Part shown: piece by piece, positions 8,477 through 18,347 of the stretch
Position numbering within the stretch: position 1 is the first letter of the stretch
Layout: the number at the start of each line of letters is the position of its first letter
Assembly: GCA_001823695.1 (NCBI GenBank)
Contig: MHVD01000002.1
Span: 15,215-79,214 of the forward strand
Source of the DNA: Candidatus Zambryskibacteria bacterium RIFCSPHIGHO2_01_FULL_43_25
Lineage (GTDB): Bacteria > Patescibacteriota > Minisyncoccia > Phycocordibacterales > Zambryskibacteraceae
DNA length: 64,000 nt
Direction: 5' to 3'
The notes under the pieces: model-generated
The model's database searches: none
Seen by the model: only the letters and a program-made list of their open reading frames with translations
What the model was told of the DNA's origin: nothing
Program-made: the position numbers and the translations under genes

Positions 8477-9354
8477 TGGACAATCTGGACGACGACAAAA
8501 TAAAATTTCTTGAACAAAAAGCCAATCTCATCCGCCAGACTATAATTGAAGCTCTAATTGAAGCAAAAAGCGGCCACACGGCGGGACCTTTGGGCATGGC
8601 TGATATTTTCACTTTGCTTTTTTTTCATGTTCTCCGCCACGACCCCCAAAATCCTTTATGGGAAGACAGGGACAGACTAGTGCTCTCCAACGGGCACATA
8701 TGTCCGGTGCTATACGCTACTATGGCTTATGCGGGATACGTATCCGTAGACGAATTTAAACAGACGCTAAGAAAATTCGGAACTAAATTTCAAGGGCATC
8801 CTCACCGAGAATTTTTTCCAGCGTTAGAAAACAGTTCAGGCCCTTTGGGTTCCGGACTCTCACAGACTGTTGGTATGGCTCTCGCTGACAGGATGGATAG
8901 CGGCAGATCTTCGCAGAGATTCTTCTTCTGTCTAATGAGCGACGGAGAGATGAATGCTGGCAATACCTGGGAGGGGGCAATGCTTGCCGGAAAGGAAAAA
9001 CTTCACAACATCATTGCCGTCGCGGACAGAAATAATATCCAGATAGACGGCTTTACAGAAGACATAATGCCACTTGAACCTCTAGCTGACAAATGGCGCG
9101 CCTGGAACTGGCATGTTATAGAAGCCAACGGGCATGACTTTGAAGATATGAATAATGCAATACATGAAGCAAAAGCGGTATTTGAAAAACCGAGCATGAT
9201 TATCGCTCATACAATTCCGGGCAAGGGAGTTGCTGAATTTGAAAGGAAATTTGAATGGCATGGCAAACCGCCAAACAAAGAAGAGGGGGAGAGGGCACTC
9301 AAAGAACTTCGCAGTTTGGGAGGGAAGATAAAGGGAGGATATCATCAGGATTAG
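8476..9354 (+). CDS. Transketolase N-terminal subunit
   Basis: SGHTAG, DRLVLSNGH, GPLGSGL, SDGE..AG..WE and WHGK. Confidence 0.95.
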   Translation: MDNLDDDKIKFLEQKANLIRQTIIEALIEAKSGHTAGPLGMADIFTLLFFHVLRHDPQNPLWEDRDRLVLSNGHICPVLYATMAYAGYVSVDEFKQTLRKFGTKFQGHPHREFFPALENSSGPLGSGLSQTVGMALADRMDSGRSSQRFFFCLMSDGEMNAGNTWEGAMLAGKEKLHNIIAVADRNNIQIDGFTEDIMPLEPLADKWRAWNWHVIEANGHDFEDMNNAIHEAKAVFEKPSMIIAHTIPGKGVAEFERKFEWHGKPPNKEEGERALKELRSLGGKIKGGYHQD

Positions 9355-9397
9355 AACAAAAAATTTCTAATTGATCTAATTTCTAAAAAATAAAACC

Positions 9398-10390
9398 ATG
9401 TTAAATTCTGAAGCTAAATTAAATCCTAAAGTTTTTGATCTTGATGTAGAACAAGTGCCAATCCGAAAAGGATTTGGCGAAGGTTTGCTTGCCGCTGGGG
9501 AAATTGACGAGCGGGTTGTCGGACTTTGCGCGGACCTCACAGAATCCACCCAGATGCATCTTTTCAAAAACCGCTTCCCCAATCGCTTTGTTGAAATAGG
9601 CGTAGCTGAACAGAATCTGGCGACGGTTGCATCGGGTATGGCGGCTATGGGCAAGATTCCTTTCATTACATCTTATGCGACATTCTCCCCGGGCAGAAAT
9701 TGGGAACAAATAAGGACGACGATTTGTTTCAATGACAGACCGGTAAAAATTGCCGGTTCTCACGCGGGAATCTCTGTGGGGCCGGATGGCGGGACGCATC
9801 AAGCAGTTGAGGATATTGCTCTGACTAGAGTAATTCCCAATATGGTGGTGATATCTCCGTGCGACGCTATTGAAGCGAAAAAAGCGACCCTTGCTATGGC
9901 AAAAACGAAAGAACCAACATATATTCGTCTGGCTCGAGAGAAGACGCCTGTCATTACGACAGAAGCAACACCTTTTGAAATCGGCAAGGCGCAGATTTTT
10001 TATAATTGTGATGGGAAACCGGAAGTTGGAATAATCGCGACAGGAGCTCTGGTGCATAAAGCCCTTGTAGCCGCGCGCCAGCTTGAAAATGAAGGAGTAA
10101 AGGTCAAGGTTCTTAATTTGGCGACTATAAAACCAATTGATACGGAGACGATTATATCTATAGCTCGTGAATCGGGTGCGATTGTTTCCGTGGAAGAGCA
10201 TCAGGTAAATGGAGGGATGGGGTCTGCAGTTGCTGAAGTATTGGTCAAAAATTGCCCAGTGCCGCAAGAATTTATTGGTGTGCAGGACAAATTTGGACAA
10301 TCGGGCTTACCCGCCGAACTTTTAAAACATTACGGAATGGAAGTTGAGGATATAGTAAAAGCTGTAAAAGAAGTAATTAGAAGGAAGTAG
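9398..10390 (+). CDS. Transketolase C-terminal subunit
   Basis: GVAEQN, GPDGGTHQ, VEEHQ and FGQSG. Confidence 0.95.
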   Translation: MLNSEAKLNPKVFDLDVEQVPIRKGFGEGLLAAGEIDERVVGLCADLTESTQMHLFKNRFPNRFVEIGVAEQNLATVASGMAAMGKIPFITSYATFSPGRNWEQIRTTICFNDRPVKIAGSHAGISVGPDGGTHQAVEDIALTRVIPNMVVISPCDAIEAKKATLAMAKTKEPTYIRLAREKTPVITTEATPFEIGKAQIFYNCDGKPEVGIIATGALVHKALVAARQLENEGVKVKVLNLATIKPIDTETIISIARESGAIVSVEEHQVNGGMGSAVAEVLVKNCPVPQEFIGVQDKFGQSGLPAELLKHYGMEVEDIVKAVKEVIRRK

Positions 10391-10394
10391 GAAA

Positions 10395-10688
10395 ATGAAA
10401 AAGATAATTTATATTTTAATTATTATTGCTATATTTGGTAGCCTGATTTTAGTCATAAATCGTAAAAATAACAACGGTATTAGTAACAACGGTATTAGTA
10501 ACAACGGTATTAGTAACAACGGTATTAGTAACAACGGTATTAGTAACAACGGTATTACAGAGGAAGAATGTAATAACCTCAGTGGGAAAATTGTTACCAT
10601 TCAAGATCAGTTAGATGGTGGAATTAGCGGAAAAGTTATTGGTAATATTAAATATAATCAAGCAGGATTGCTTTGTGTTGTTGAATGA
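10395..10688 (+). CDS. Small exported protein with NNGIS repeats and a Cys pair
   Basis: N-terminal hydrophobic helix, 6 NNGI[S/T] repeats, ECNNLSG...LLC. Confidence 0.65.
   Translation: MKKIIYILIIIAIFGSLILVINRKNNNGISNNGISNNGISNNGISNNGISNNGITEEECNNLSGKIVTIQDQLDGGISGKVIGNIKYNQAGLLCVVE
10469..10557 (+). repeat. 15-bp tandem repeat (TAACAACGGTATTAG), 5 perfect copies plus 14/15 of a sixth
   Basis: Read directly from the sequence. Confidence 0.95.
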
Positions 10689-10718
10689 AACTCTATAAAT
10701 TAACCTAAAACAACGAAG

Positions 10719-11057
10719 ATGAAGAAAAAACTGGAAATAAAAGCGGGTCTTTATAAACACAGCAAAAGCGGGAAGCTGTATAGGGTCGATGAGCTCGACC
10801 GTGAGTACGAGGCCCGCAACCTCCGACCGGACCCCTACGCTGTGACCCAGGTGATGGCTGACGATCCAGCCTTCGCAGACAAGCGTCCTGTCGCTGTTCA
10901 GTGGCGTGACAAGCGTGGATGTGCTTGCTACGCGCTCTTCGACCGCGACGACGCCGGGCGTGAGGTCGGTATTGTCCGCCGCCGCGGTAGCGGTAGCAGG
11001 TGGAGTCGGAGCGTCCAGTTCGGCGGCGTTCGCCTGCCTGCGCAGGCAGGCAAGTAG
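10719..11057 (+). CDS. Chimeric ORF: DUF1653-like N-terminus fused to a DGR-target-like (C-type-lectin-like) C-terminal fragment
   Basis: AT-rich IKAGLYKHSKSGKLYRV, then an abrupt GC-rich switch near 10788 to DELDREYEAR...DPAFAD...W...CYALF...FGGVR..K*. Confidence 0.5.
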   Translation: MKKKLEIKAGLYKHSKSGKLYRVDELDREYEARNLRPDPYAVTQVMADDPAFADKRPVAVQWRDKRGCACYALFDRDDAGREVGIVRRRGSGSRWSRSVQFGGVRLPAQAGK

Positions 11058-11111
11058 TACATGGCCACCGGTTTCTTGGGTCCTCCTAGTCCCCTGGAAC
11101 ATGGTTTCCGG

Positions 11112-11141
11112 CCCCCGCGGCTTACACAGCGCGGGGGTTTT
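11112..11141 (+). terminator. Intrinsic terminator
   Basis: CCCCCGCG-loop-CGCGGGGG followed by TTTT. Confidence 0.7.
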
Positions 11142-11170
11142 GTATATAATAGGATTTGTCGCTCCGAAAG

Positions 11171-12154
11171 CTAAATAATTTTTGGCTTATAATCCTCGGG
11201 TGCTTCGCGCAAGTATTTTTCTATAGTTTCTTTATCTAAAAGTCCGCGCTGGGCGCCGATGTACTGAACAACCGACATTGAATTGATTGGCCCCCACATA
11301 AGTGCCTCCTCAACACTTTTGCCTAGTGCAATTGCTGCCGTAAATGTGGAAGAGAAAGCGTCTCCTGCGCCGGTTCTATCGTATGGCGGTTTTGGGTCTG
11401 GATACAGAGGCATAAAGAGCATTTTTTGTCCGTCAAAAGTATAAGCGCCTTTTCTGCCGTCAGTAATTACGGTGAGCTTCGGACCGAGTTCGTGTATTTT
11501 TTGCAAAAGCAATTTTATATCTACCTCTTCTATAATTCCAAGAATTCTTTTTGCCTCCTCTACATTGCAGAAAAATATCTCTGTTCTTTTGTAAATTTCT
11601 TTCAAATTATCCACGCCCATATTCATCTGGAAAGTTCCCGGCTGAAAGACCAATTTTGTACTGGGGTGATTTTCTAAAAAGCCGGCAATCTCTTTGTGAT
11701 AGGAGAGAGTTTTTTCTCCAAGCGAACTTAGATATATCCATCTTGGCTCATCCAAATCGGGCAGTTTGTAGTTGTATTCGTGGTGTTTCACCAAAATCGT
11801 TCTGTCGTCTTCAAACCACAATACATAATGGTAGTTCGTCTCTTTATGCTGGTGGGCTTTTATAAATTCTATTGAAACACCGTTGCGTTTAAGCGTTGCC
11901 AAACACTCCCCGCCATTATGGTCATCGCCGACGTTGGCAACAAGCGCCGAAGTTAGTCCGAGTCTTTTGGCCGCCACCGCCGCATTCGGCGAATTGCCGA
12001 CAGCGCGGACAACTTCCACAAACTCATAAGGCACCTTGTCGCCAAAAGAAAGCAGAAGTTTTCGCTTGTCGCGGCTAGTTTCGGCGGACTTTATCCGGAT
12101 GAAAGCATCTGTCGTTATATCACCGATAGCAACAAAATCGAAATGTGAACTCAT
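11171..12154 (-). CDS. PfkB-family carbohydrate kinase
   Basis: GNSPNAAVAAKRLG, VGDD and DRTGAGDAF. Confidence 0.93.
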   Translation of the reverse strand: MSSHFDFVAIGDITTDAFIRIKSAETSRDKRKLLLSFGDKVPYEFVEVVRAVGNSPNAAVAAKRLGLTSALVANVGDDHNGGECLATLKRNGVSIEFIKAHQHKETNYHYVLWFEDDRTILVKHHEYNYKLPDLDEPRWIYLSSLGEKTLSYHKEIAGFLENHPSTKLVFQPGTFQMNMGVDNLKEIYKRTEIFFCNVEEAKRILGIIEEVDIKLLLQKIHELGPKLTVITDGRKGAYTFDGQKMLFMPLYPDPKPPYDRTGAGDAFSSTFTAAIALGKSVEEALMWGPINSMSVVQYIGAQRGLLDKETIEKYLREAPEDYKPKII

Positions 12155-12199
12155 AATAAAATTATACCACGCTTAAATGTCTGTGATACAATAAACTTG

Positions 12200-13069
12200 A
12201 TGGAAAAAACTCTAAGGCAATGCCTAAGTGATGCGCAGGCGGGCAATTATGCCATTGGACATTTTAACATTTCAAATATAGAGGGTTTGTGGGCGGTCGT
12301 GCATGCTGCGCAAAATACAGGCAAGTCGGTAATTGTAGGGGTTTCGGAAGGGGAAAGGGACTTTCTTGGCATCAAACAAGTGAAAGCGCTGGTTTCAAGT
12401 GTTAGAGATGAATTTCAGGTTCCAATTTTTCTCAATGCTGACCATACATATTCATTTGATAGAGTGAAAGAAGCAATAGATGCGGGGTTTGACTCGGTAA
12501 TATTTGACGGCGCAAAACTGTCTTTTGAAGAAAATCTTAAGGAAACAAAGAAATGCGTTGAATATGCCAGGTCAGTAAATCCCGAAATTTTGGTTGAAGC
12601 CGAACTCGGCTATATCGGCCAGTCTTCTAAGGTATTGGATGAAATTCCAGAAGGAGCTAGTCTGTCAGAAGAAACGTTGACCAAACCGGAGGAAGCGGAG
12701 AAGTTCGTAAAAGAAACTGGAATAGATATGCTGGCGCCGGCAGTCGGGACACTTCACGGTATACTTCGGAGCGGAGTTAATCCCGAAATCAATATAGAAA
12801 GAATCAAAGCTATAAAAAAAGCGGTTAAGGTGCCTTTGGTCTTGCATGGCGGATCCGGTAGCACTTCTAGTGATTTTGAAAAGGCAGTTGAGGCGGGGAT
12901 ATCAATAGTTCATATAAGCACGGAGATAAGAATCGCTTTTCGAGATGCTCTAAAAAAGGATTTGCAAGAGAATCCTGAAGAGGTGGCTCCGTACAAGATA
13001 ATGAAGGGCGCAGTTCAGGCGATGCAGAAAATTGTAGAGGACAGAATCCGCCTGTTTTCGGGCGAATGA
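12200..13069 (+). CDS. fba: Class II fructose-bisphosphate aldolase
   Basis: NADH, VEAELG, GTLHG and LVLHGGSG. Confidence 0.93.
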   Translation: MEKTLRQCLSDAQAGNYAIGHFNISNIEGLWAVVHAAQNTGKSVIVGVSEGERDFLGIKQVKALVSSVRDEFQVPIFLNADHTYSFDRVKEAIDAGFDSVIFDGAKLSFEENLKETKKCVEYARSVNPEILVEAELGYIGQSSKVLDEIPEGASLSEETLTKPEEAEKFVKETGIDMLAPAVGTLHGILRSGVNPEINIERIKAIKKAVKVPLVLHGGSGSTSSDFEKAVEAGISIVHISTEIRIAFRDALKKDLQENPEEVAPYKIMKGAVQAMQKIVEDRIRLFSGE

Positions 13070-13097
13070 GGTCTTTGTGTGAATTCTTGGGACATAT

Positions 13098-14756
13098 ATG
13101 GAAGCAGAATTGAAATCAATATTGAAAGGCGTGATTCTCACCGACGAGAAATCGCTTCTGAAATACAGCCGCGACGCTAGTTTGTTTGAAGTGAAGCCGT
13201 CTCTGGTTGTTTTGCCAAAGGACTCTCAAGATATAAGGGAGGTCATAAGGTATGTCTCTGCCAATAAAGAAAAAAACTCATCTCTGTCGGTGTCCGTCAG
13301 AGCCGGCGGTTCATGCATGTCCGGCGGTTCTCTTAACGAATCAATTGTTCTTGACGTATCGGCCAATATGAGCGGGATAGTATCCTTTGAGGGCAACCAT
13401 ATAACCGTGCTCCCGGGCACTCCTTATAGGGATATTGAAAAAGAAACCCTAAAACGCGGTCTGATTTTACCGTGCTTTCCAGCGTCAAAAAATCTATGCG
13501 CCATTGGCGGGATGATAGGAAACAACGCTGCCGGCGAGAAGACGCTGTCTCACGGCAAGATGGAGGATTTTATTGAAAGCCTAAATGTCATTTTGTCCGA
13601 CGGCAACGAGTATGAGTTTAGAGCTTTAAGTGGAGGCGAATTGTCAAAAAAGGAAGGTCAGGACGACCTTGAAGGCCAAATCTATCGTCAGATGCATAAA
13701 CTCATTGAGGACAACAAGGAGCTGATAGACAGAAGCAAGCCCAAAGTTTCAAAAAACTCTGCCGGATATTATTTGTGGAATGTTTACCCCGGCCACGCCC
13801 TAGAGTCTGGAGAAGAAAGAAAATTTGACCTAACCAAACTCCTTGTCGGCTCTCAAGGGACACTCGGCATAGTAACAGAGGCCACCTTGCGGCTTATACC
13901 GGTCAAGAAACAGTCAAAACTGTTTGTTATTTTCTTAAAAAATCTGGAACCGCTTTCAGAACTTGTGAACGTTATCCTGACTCTAAAGCCGGAAACTCTT
14001 GAATCTTATGACGACGCAACGCTCAAACTCGGTATGAGATTTTTCCCAGAAATGCTTAAGACGATGAAAACCAAGCATTTTTTTAAAATGGCTATGTCTT
14101 TTATTCCCGAAGGGCTGATTATGCTCTCTAGTGGAATTCCAAAACTAATGCTTCTCGTTGAATTCGTCGGGGATAACAGCCAAGAGATTGATAGTAAGAT
14201 GGATGGACTGGAGAAAATCATATCCAGATTTAACTTAAGAACGCACAGAACCAAAGACCAAGACGAGTCGGAGAAATACTGGGCAATCAGAAGAGAGAGC
14301 TTTAATCTTCTTCGCAAACACGTGAAAGGCAAGAGAACGGCGCCGTTTGTTGACGACGTGGTGATTGAACCGAAATTCTTGCCGGAATTTTTGCCTAAAA
14401 TGAGGAAAATTCTTGATGATTACAATCTCTACTACACTATTGCCGGCCACGCGGGCAACGGCAATTTTCATATAATTCCCCTGATGGATGTCAGCGATCC
14501 AAGCACGGAAAAAATAATACTTGAAGTCTCAAACAAGGTCTATGACCTGGTTGCGCAATATGGTGGCTCAATTACCGGAGAACACAATGATGGAATAGTG
14601 AGAACACCTTTTCTATCCAAAATGTACAATCCAGAAATTCTCGGCTTATTCTCCCAAACTAAGCGCATTTTTGACCCAAAAAATATATTTAACCCGGGCA
14701 AAAAAGTTAACGGATCAATAGATTATCTAAAAAAACACCTGATAAAAACTCTTTAA
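13098..14756 (+). CDS. FAD-linked oxidoreductase (GlcD / D-lactate dehydrogenase family)
   Basis: RAGGS..G, IGGMIGNN, GSQGTLG, GHAGNGNFH, GEHNDG and FDPKNIFNPGK. Confidence 0.9.
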   Translation: MEAELKSILKGVILTDEKSLLKYSRDASLFEVKPSLVVLPKDSQDIREVIRYVSANKEKNSSLSVSVRAGGSCMSGGSLNESIVLDVSANMSGIVSFEGNHITVLPGTPYRDIEKETLKRGLILPCFPASKNLCAIGGMIGNNAAGEKTLSHGKMEDFIESLNVILSDGNEYEFRALSGGELSKKEGQDDLEGQIYRQMHKLIEDNKELIDRSKPKVSKNSAGYYLWNVYPGHALESGEERKFDLTKLLVGSQGTLGIVTEATLRLIPVKKQSKLFVIFLKNLEPLSELVNVILTLKPETLESYDDATLKLGMRFFPEMLKTMKTKHFFKMAMSFIPEGLIMLSSGIPKLMLLVEFVGDNSQEIDSKMDGLEKIISRFNLRTHRTKDQDESEKYWAIRRESFNLLRKHVKGKRTAPFVDDVVIEPKFLPEFLPKMRKILDDYNLYYTIAGHAGNGNFHIIPLMDVSDPSTEKIILEVSNKVYDLVAQYGGSITGEHNDGIVRTPFLSKMYNPEILGLFSQTKRIFDPKNIFNPGKKVNGSIDYLKKHLIKTL

Positions 14757-14798
14757 CGGTGATTGTGTTTTTAATAATAGTCGGTATAATACTCCCGT

Positions 14799-15464
14799 AT
14801 GTTTTCTATTGAAGTAAAAGACAGGGACGGAGGAGTCTCTTTGGACAAGCTTCGTCAGGAGGGGTTCTTGCCGGCTGTTTTCTATGGCAGGAAAGAAGCA
14901 TCCACGCCGATAACTATTCTCCTGAAAGATTTTCAAAAAGTCTGGCTTGCGGCTGGTGAATCATCCGTGGTAAGTCTGAAAAGGAGTGGAGGGGCGACTT
15001 TGGACGCTATCATACAGGATGTTGATATTGATCCGGTAACCGAATTGCCGAGACATGCGGACTTCTACGTGTTTGACAAGGACAAGAAGATTGAAGTTGA
15101 GATTTCTCTGAATTTCGTCGGCATAGCGCCGGCGGTGAAAGAACAAGGAGGCATTTTGGTTAAGGTTTTATATGAATTGAAAATTGAAGCCTTGCCGAAG
15201 GACCTGCCTCAAGAAATTGCGGTTGATGTATCAAAGCTAATTGAAATTGGGAGCCGTATATCTGCAAAAGATATTGAATTACCACCCGGGGTTTCTCTGC
15301 TCGAAAATCCAGAAGAAATAATCGCATCAGTATCTGCACCGAAGGAGGAGGAAGAAAAACCAGCCGAGCCGGTTGATATATCTTCTATAGAGGTGGAAAA
15401 GAAGGGCAAGGAAAAGGAGGGAGAAGAGGCAGAAGTTGTCACTGAAGAAAAAAAGGCGGAATAA
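14799..15464 (+). CDS. rplY: 50S ribosomal protein L25/Ctc
   Basis: LRQEGFLPAVFYG, HADFY and a Ctc C-terminal domain. Confidence 0.95.
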   Translation: MFSIEVKDRDGGVSLDKLRQEGFLPAVFYGRKEASTPITILLKDFQKVWLAAGESSVVSLKRSGGATLDAIIQDVDIDPVTELPRHADFYVFDKDKKIEVEISLNFVGIAPAVKEQGGILVKVLYELKIEALPKDLPQEIAVDVSKLIEIGSRISAKDIELPPGVSLLENPEEIIASVSAPKEEEEKPAEPVDISSIEVEKKGKEKEGEEAEVVTEEKKAE

Positions 15465-15550
15465 TTTCCGCCTTTGTTCGTCTTATATACGGCCTAAGAG
15501 CCGTTTTTTTAATGGCTAATTTGGGTTAGAATGTAGCTACTGAATCTCTT

Positions 15551-16936
15551 ATGAATGTCTTTAAATTTTTCAATTTTTTCATCTTTGCTCTGATTGTCTC
15601 CTTTGCTTTCGGCCAGGCGAATTTTTCTTACGCCCTTACGGAAAGGGAAATTGCAGAACAAGAGGCGAAACTTCAAGCTGAATACGACGAACTCCAAAAA
15701 GATATACAAAAATGGGAAGGCATTTTATCCGAAACCAAAAAAAAGGCCAACACAATTGAGGGGGATATAACGATACTTAACGCCAAGATAAAAGAAGCCG
15801 AGGCCACCATAAAGGCGAAAAATATCGCCATAAATCAATTGTCAAAAGAAATAGGCAATAAGACTCAAACGATAGAGGATCTTGAGACAAGGATTGAAAA
15901 AGGGCGGGAATCACTGGCGGAGCTTATACGTAAAACAGATGAGATTGACACATATTCCATTGCGGAAATTGTCTTAGCCGGTCAGGATTTGTCCGATTTT
16001 CTGGGTGATCTGGATTCTTTTGCGTCTATCAAACGGTCTCTGAAAGAGCGTTTTTTTGAGATCAGAGAAGTCAAAGCGGCCACTGAAGAAGAGAAGAAAC
16101 AGCTTGATTTGAAGAAAAATCAGGAGATTGACGCAAAATATGTTGTAGAAACCAGGAAGCAAACCGTTGCCAAGAGTGAAGCGGAGAAGAAACAGCTCCT
16201 TACCATCACAAAACAGGAAGAGAAAGCCTACCAAGCAGTCTTGGCAGAACGCCAGAGAAAGGCGGCACAGATAAGAGCTGCTTTGTTTAACCTGCGTGAC
16301 ACGGAAGGCATTCCGTTCGGAGAAGCCCTTGAATATGCCAACGTTGCCGGCCAGAAGGCAGGGATCAGGCCAGCTTTGATTTTGGCGATTCTTACCCAAG
16401 AATCTGATCTGGGCAAAAATCAAGGGTCTTGTCTTATGACTGATTCGACAACTGGAGATGGTGTGGGCACAAATACCGGGACTTTTTTTGAGAAAGTTAT
16501 GAAAGCTCCTCGGGATACTGCGCCGTTTTTGGCTATAACCGACCGACTCGGACGAAACTGGAAGAATACTCCCGTTTCTTGTCCGCCAGGTTATACCTGG
16601 TCGCCGAGCAGGGGATATGGCGGCGGCATGGGACCTTCCCAATTTATTCCTTCTACTTGGGAGTTGTTTAAGGTCAGGATTGCCGGTATGTTCAATATCT
16701 TTGCCGACCAGGCCAATCCTTGGGATCCCCAACACGCTATTATGGCAACAGCAATCTACCTTTCGGACCTCGGGGCTGTGAGCGGCAGTTTTACTTCGGA
16801 GAGAAATGCAGCTTGTCGGTACTATTCTGGCAGGAGCTGTGACAGCAAAAGACCTGCCAACTCATTCTATGGTGATCAAGTTATGACAAAAGTGCAGGGA
16901 ATTCAGGACAATATAGACTTTTTGCAGAGTGTTTAG
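15551..16936 (+). CDS. Secreted coiled-coil protein with C-terminal lytic transglycosylase (lysozyme-like) domain
   Basis: Signal peptide, CwlO/PcsB-like coiled coil, AILTQES, GMGPSQFIPSTW and AIYL. Confidence 0.85.
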   Translation: MNVFKFFNFFIFALIVSFAFGQANFSYALTEREIAEQEAKLQAEYDELQKDIQKWEGILSETKKKANTIEGDITILNAKIKEAEATIKAKNIAINQLSKEIGNKTQTIEDLETRIEKGRESLAELIRKTDEIDTYSIAEIVLAGQDLSDFLGDLDSFASIKRSLKERFFEIREVKAATEEEKKQLDLKKNQEIDAKYVVETRKQTVAKSEAEKKQLLTITKQEEKAYQAVLAERQRKAAQIRAALFNLRDTEGIPFGEALEYANVAGQKAGIRPALILAILTQESDLGKNQGSCLMTDSTTGDGVGTNTGTFFEKVMKAPRDTAPFLAITDRLGRNWKNTPVSCPPGYTWSPSRGYGGGMGPSQFIPSTWELFKVRIAGMFNIFADQANPWDPQHAIMATAIYLSDLGAVSGSFTSERNAACRYYSGRSCDSKRPANSFYGDQVMTKVQGIQDNIDFLQSV

Positions 16937-16999
16937 ATCGGTAAACTATTAATGGTCCGTATTGCGCTAGTTTAATCTTTCTGTTATATTCATCAGGCG

Positions 17000-17239
17000 A
17001 TGAAAAAGGATTTACACCCTAAATATTTTGAAAAAGCCCAAGTCGTCTGCGCCTGCGGGAACACCTTTACTGTTGGTTCTACGAAGGAAAAACTGGAGGT
17101 TGAAATCTGTAGCTCTTGCCATCCTTTCTATACCGGAACTGAAAAAATTATTGATACTGCCGGCAGAGTAGAGAAATTTAAGACCAGACAGGCAACTGCG
17201 GCCAAAGGCAAAAAACTCGCCAACAAAAGAAAAAACTAA
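17000..17239 (+). CDS. rpmE: 50S ribosomal protein L31
   Basis: [23 protein letters not shown] and GRVEKF. Confidence 0.97.
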   Translation: MKKDLHPKYFEKAQVVCACGNTFTVGSTKEKLEVEICSSCHPFYTGTEKIIDTAGRVEKFKTRQATAAKGKKLANKRKN

Positions 17240-17330
17240 CAATTTACAGCAAGCATACAATTTTTTAGTTGTTGTATGTCTATTCTGATTACGGTGGTAG
17301 GTTGTAAGTAGTTGGTTGTTGGCCAATTTT

Positions 17331-18311
17331 ATGGATCTGGAAAAATACAGAAACAATTCAAAAACCAGTTTTCTGGTTCAATCGTATGAAAAGCTTTTAA
17401 AAGATGAAGCTGAACTTGAGTTGCTTTTAAAGGACGACCAATCTCTCTCTCCGCTCGCCGGTGATGAGCTGAAAATCATAAATAAACGCAAAGAAACCAT
17501 TATTAAACAAATGGACGCTATTTTGGCCGAAGAAAAATCAGAAGAATCCACCGGCTGGCAGGCCAATGAAATAATACTTGAGGTCAGGGCTGGTGCCGGA
17601 GGAGAAGAAGCAGCTTTGTTTGCGGAGAATTTGGCGGATATGTATCACGGATATGCTTCAATGAGGGACTGGTCTTTTATGCCTGTCTATGAATCAAAAA
17701 GCGCTCTTGCGGGCTACAAAGAGGCGGCTTTTGAGATAAAGGGCAAAGGTGTTTTCAAAGAACTTCGTTTTGAAACCGGAGTTCACAGGATTCAGCGGGT
17801 GCCAGAAACGGAGAAAACAGGCCGAGTGCATACTTCAACCGCTTCAGTGGCTATTTTGCCGATGAGAAAAAAAGAGAAGTCAGAAATAAATCCAGCTGAC
17901 TTGGAAGTTGAATTTTCTCGAGCTGGCGGAAAAGGCGGGCAGAATGTCAACAAGGTAGAAACGGCCGTTCGCATTGTACATAAACCCACCGGCATTGACG
18001 TCAGGTCTACCGCGGAGCGTAGCCAGTCTAAAAATCGGGAGAGAGCAATGTCCATTCTTACGGCCAAACTAGCCGCTCTTAAGGAAGAAGAAGACCATAA
18101 AAAAGAATCTGCGCATAGGAAAAAACAAATCGGCACGGGCGACAGATCAGAAAAGATCCGCACTTACAATGTGCTTCAAGACAGAGTGACTGACCACAGG
18201 ATAAAAAAAACGTGGCATAACATACCTCTAATTTTTTCGGGCAACCTTTCATCTATTATTGAAGCTTTAAACCAGGCCTCCGAAGATCTGGAGTCGGGGG
18301 TTGCAGAATAA
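17331..18311 (+). CDS. prfA: Peptide chain release factor 1
   Basis: PET recognition motif, GGQ and RSEKIRTYN. Confidence 0.92.
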   Translation: MDLEKYRNNSKTSFLVQSYEKLLKDEAELELLLKDDQSLSPLAGDELKIINKRKETIIKQMDAILAEEKSEESTGWQANEIILEVRAGAGGEEAALFAENLADMYHGYASMRDWSFMPVYESKSALAGYKEAAFEIKGKGVFKELRFETGVHRIQRVPETEKTGRVHTSTASVAILPMRKKEKSEINPADLEVEFSRAGGKGGQNVNKVETAVRIVHKPTGIDVRSTAERSQSKNRERAMSILTAKLAALKEEEDHKKESAHRKKQIGTGDRSEKIRTYNVLQDRVTDHRIKKTWHNIPLIFSGNLSSIIEALNQASEDLESGVAE

Positions 18312-18347
18312 CTCTATCTTTGTTAGTATTTTGAGCGCTTTTGTTTT

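Noticed and set aside
9419-10300. Long antisense ORFs (also 15974-16735, 42506-43309, 6247-6795, 10611-11102)
   Set aside because: These are shadow frames opposite well-supported genes.
10469-10557. CRISPR array
   Set aside because: The 15-bp units are contiguous with no spacers, lie in frame in an ORF, and no cas genes are present.
17331-18311. prfB with programmed frameshift
   Set aside because: It carries the PET (RF1) motif rather than SPF, and the frame is uninterrupted.
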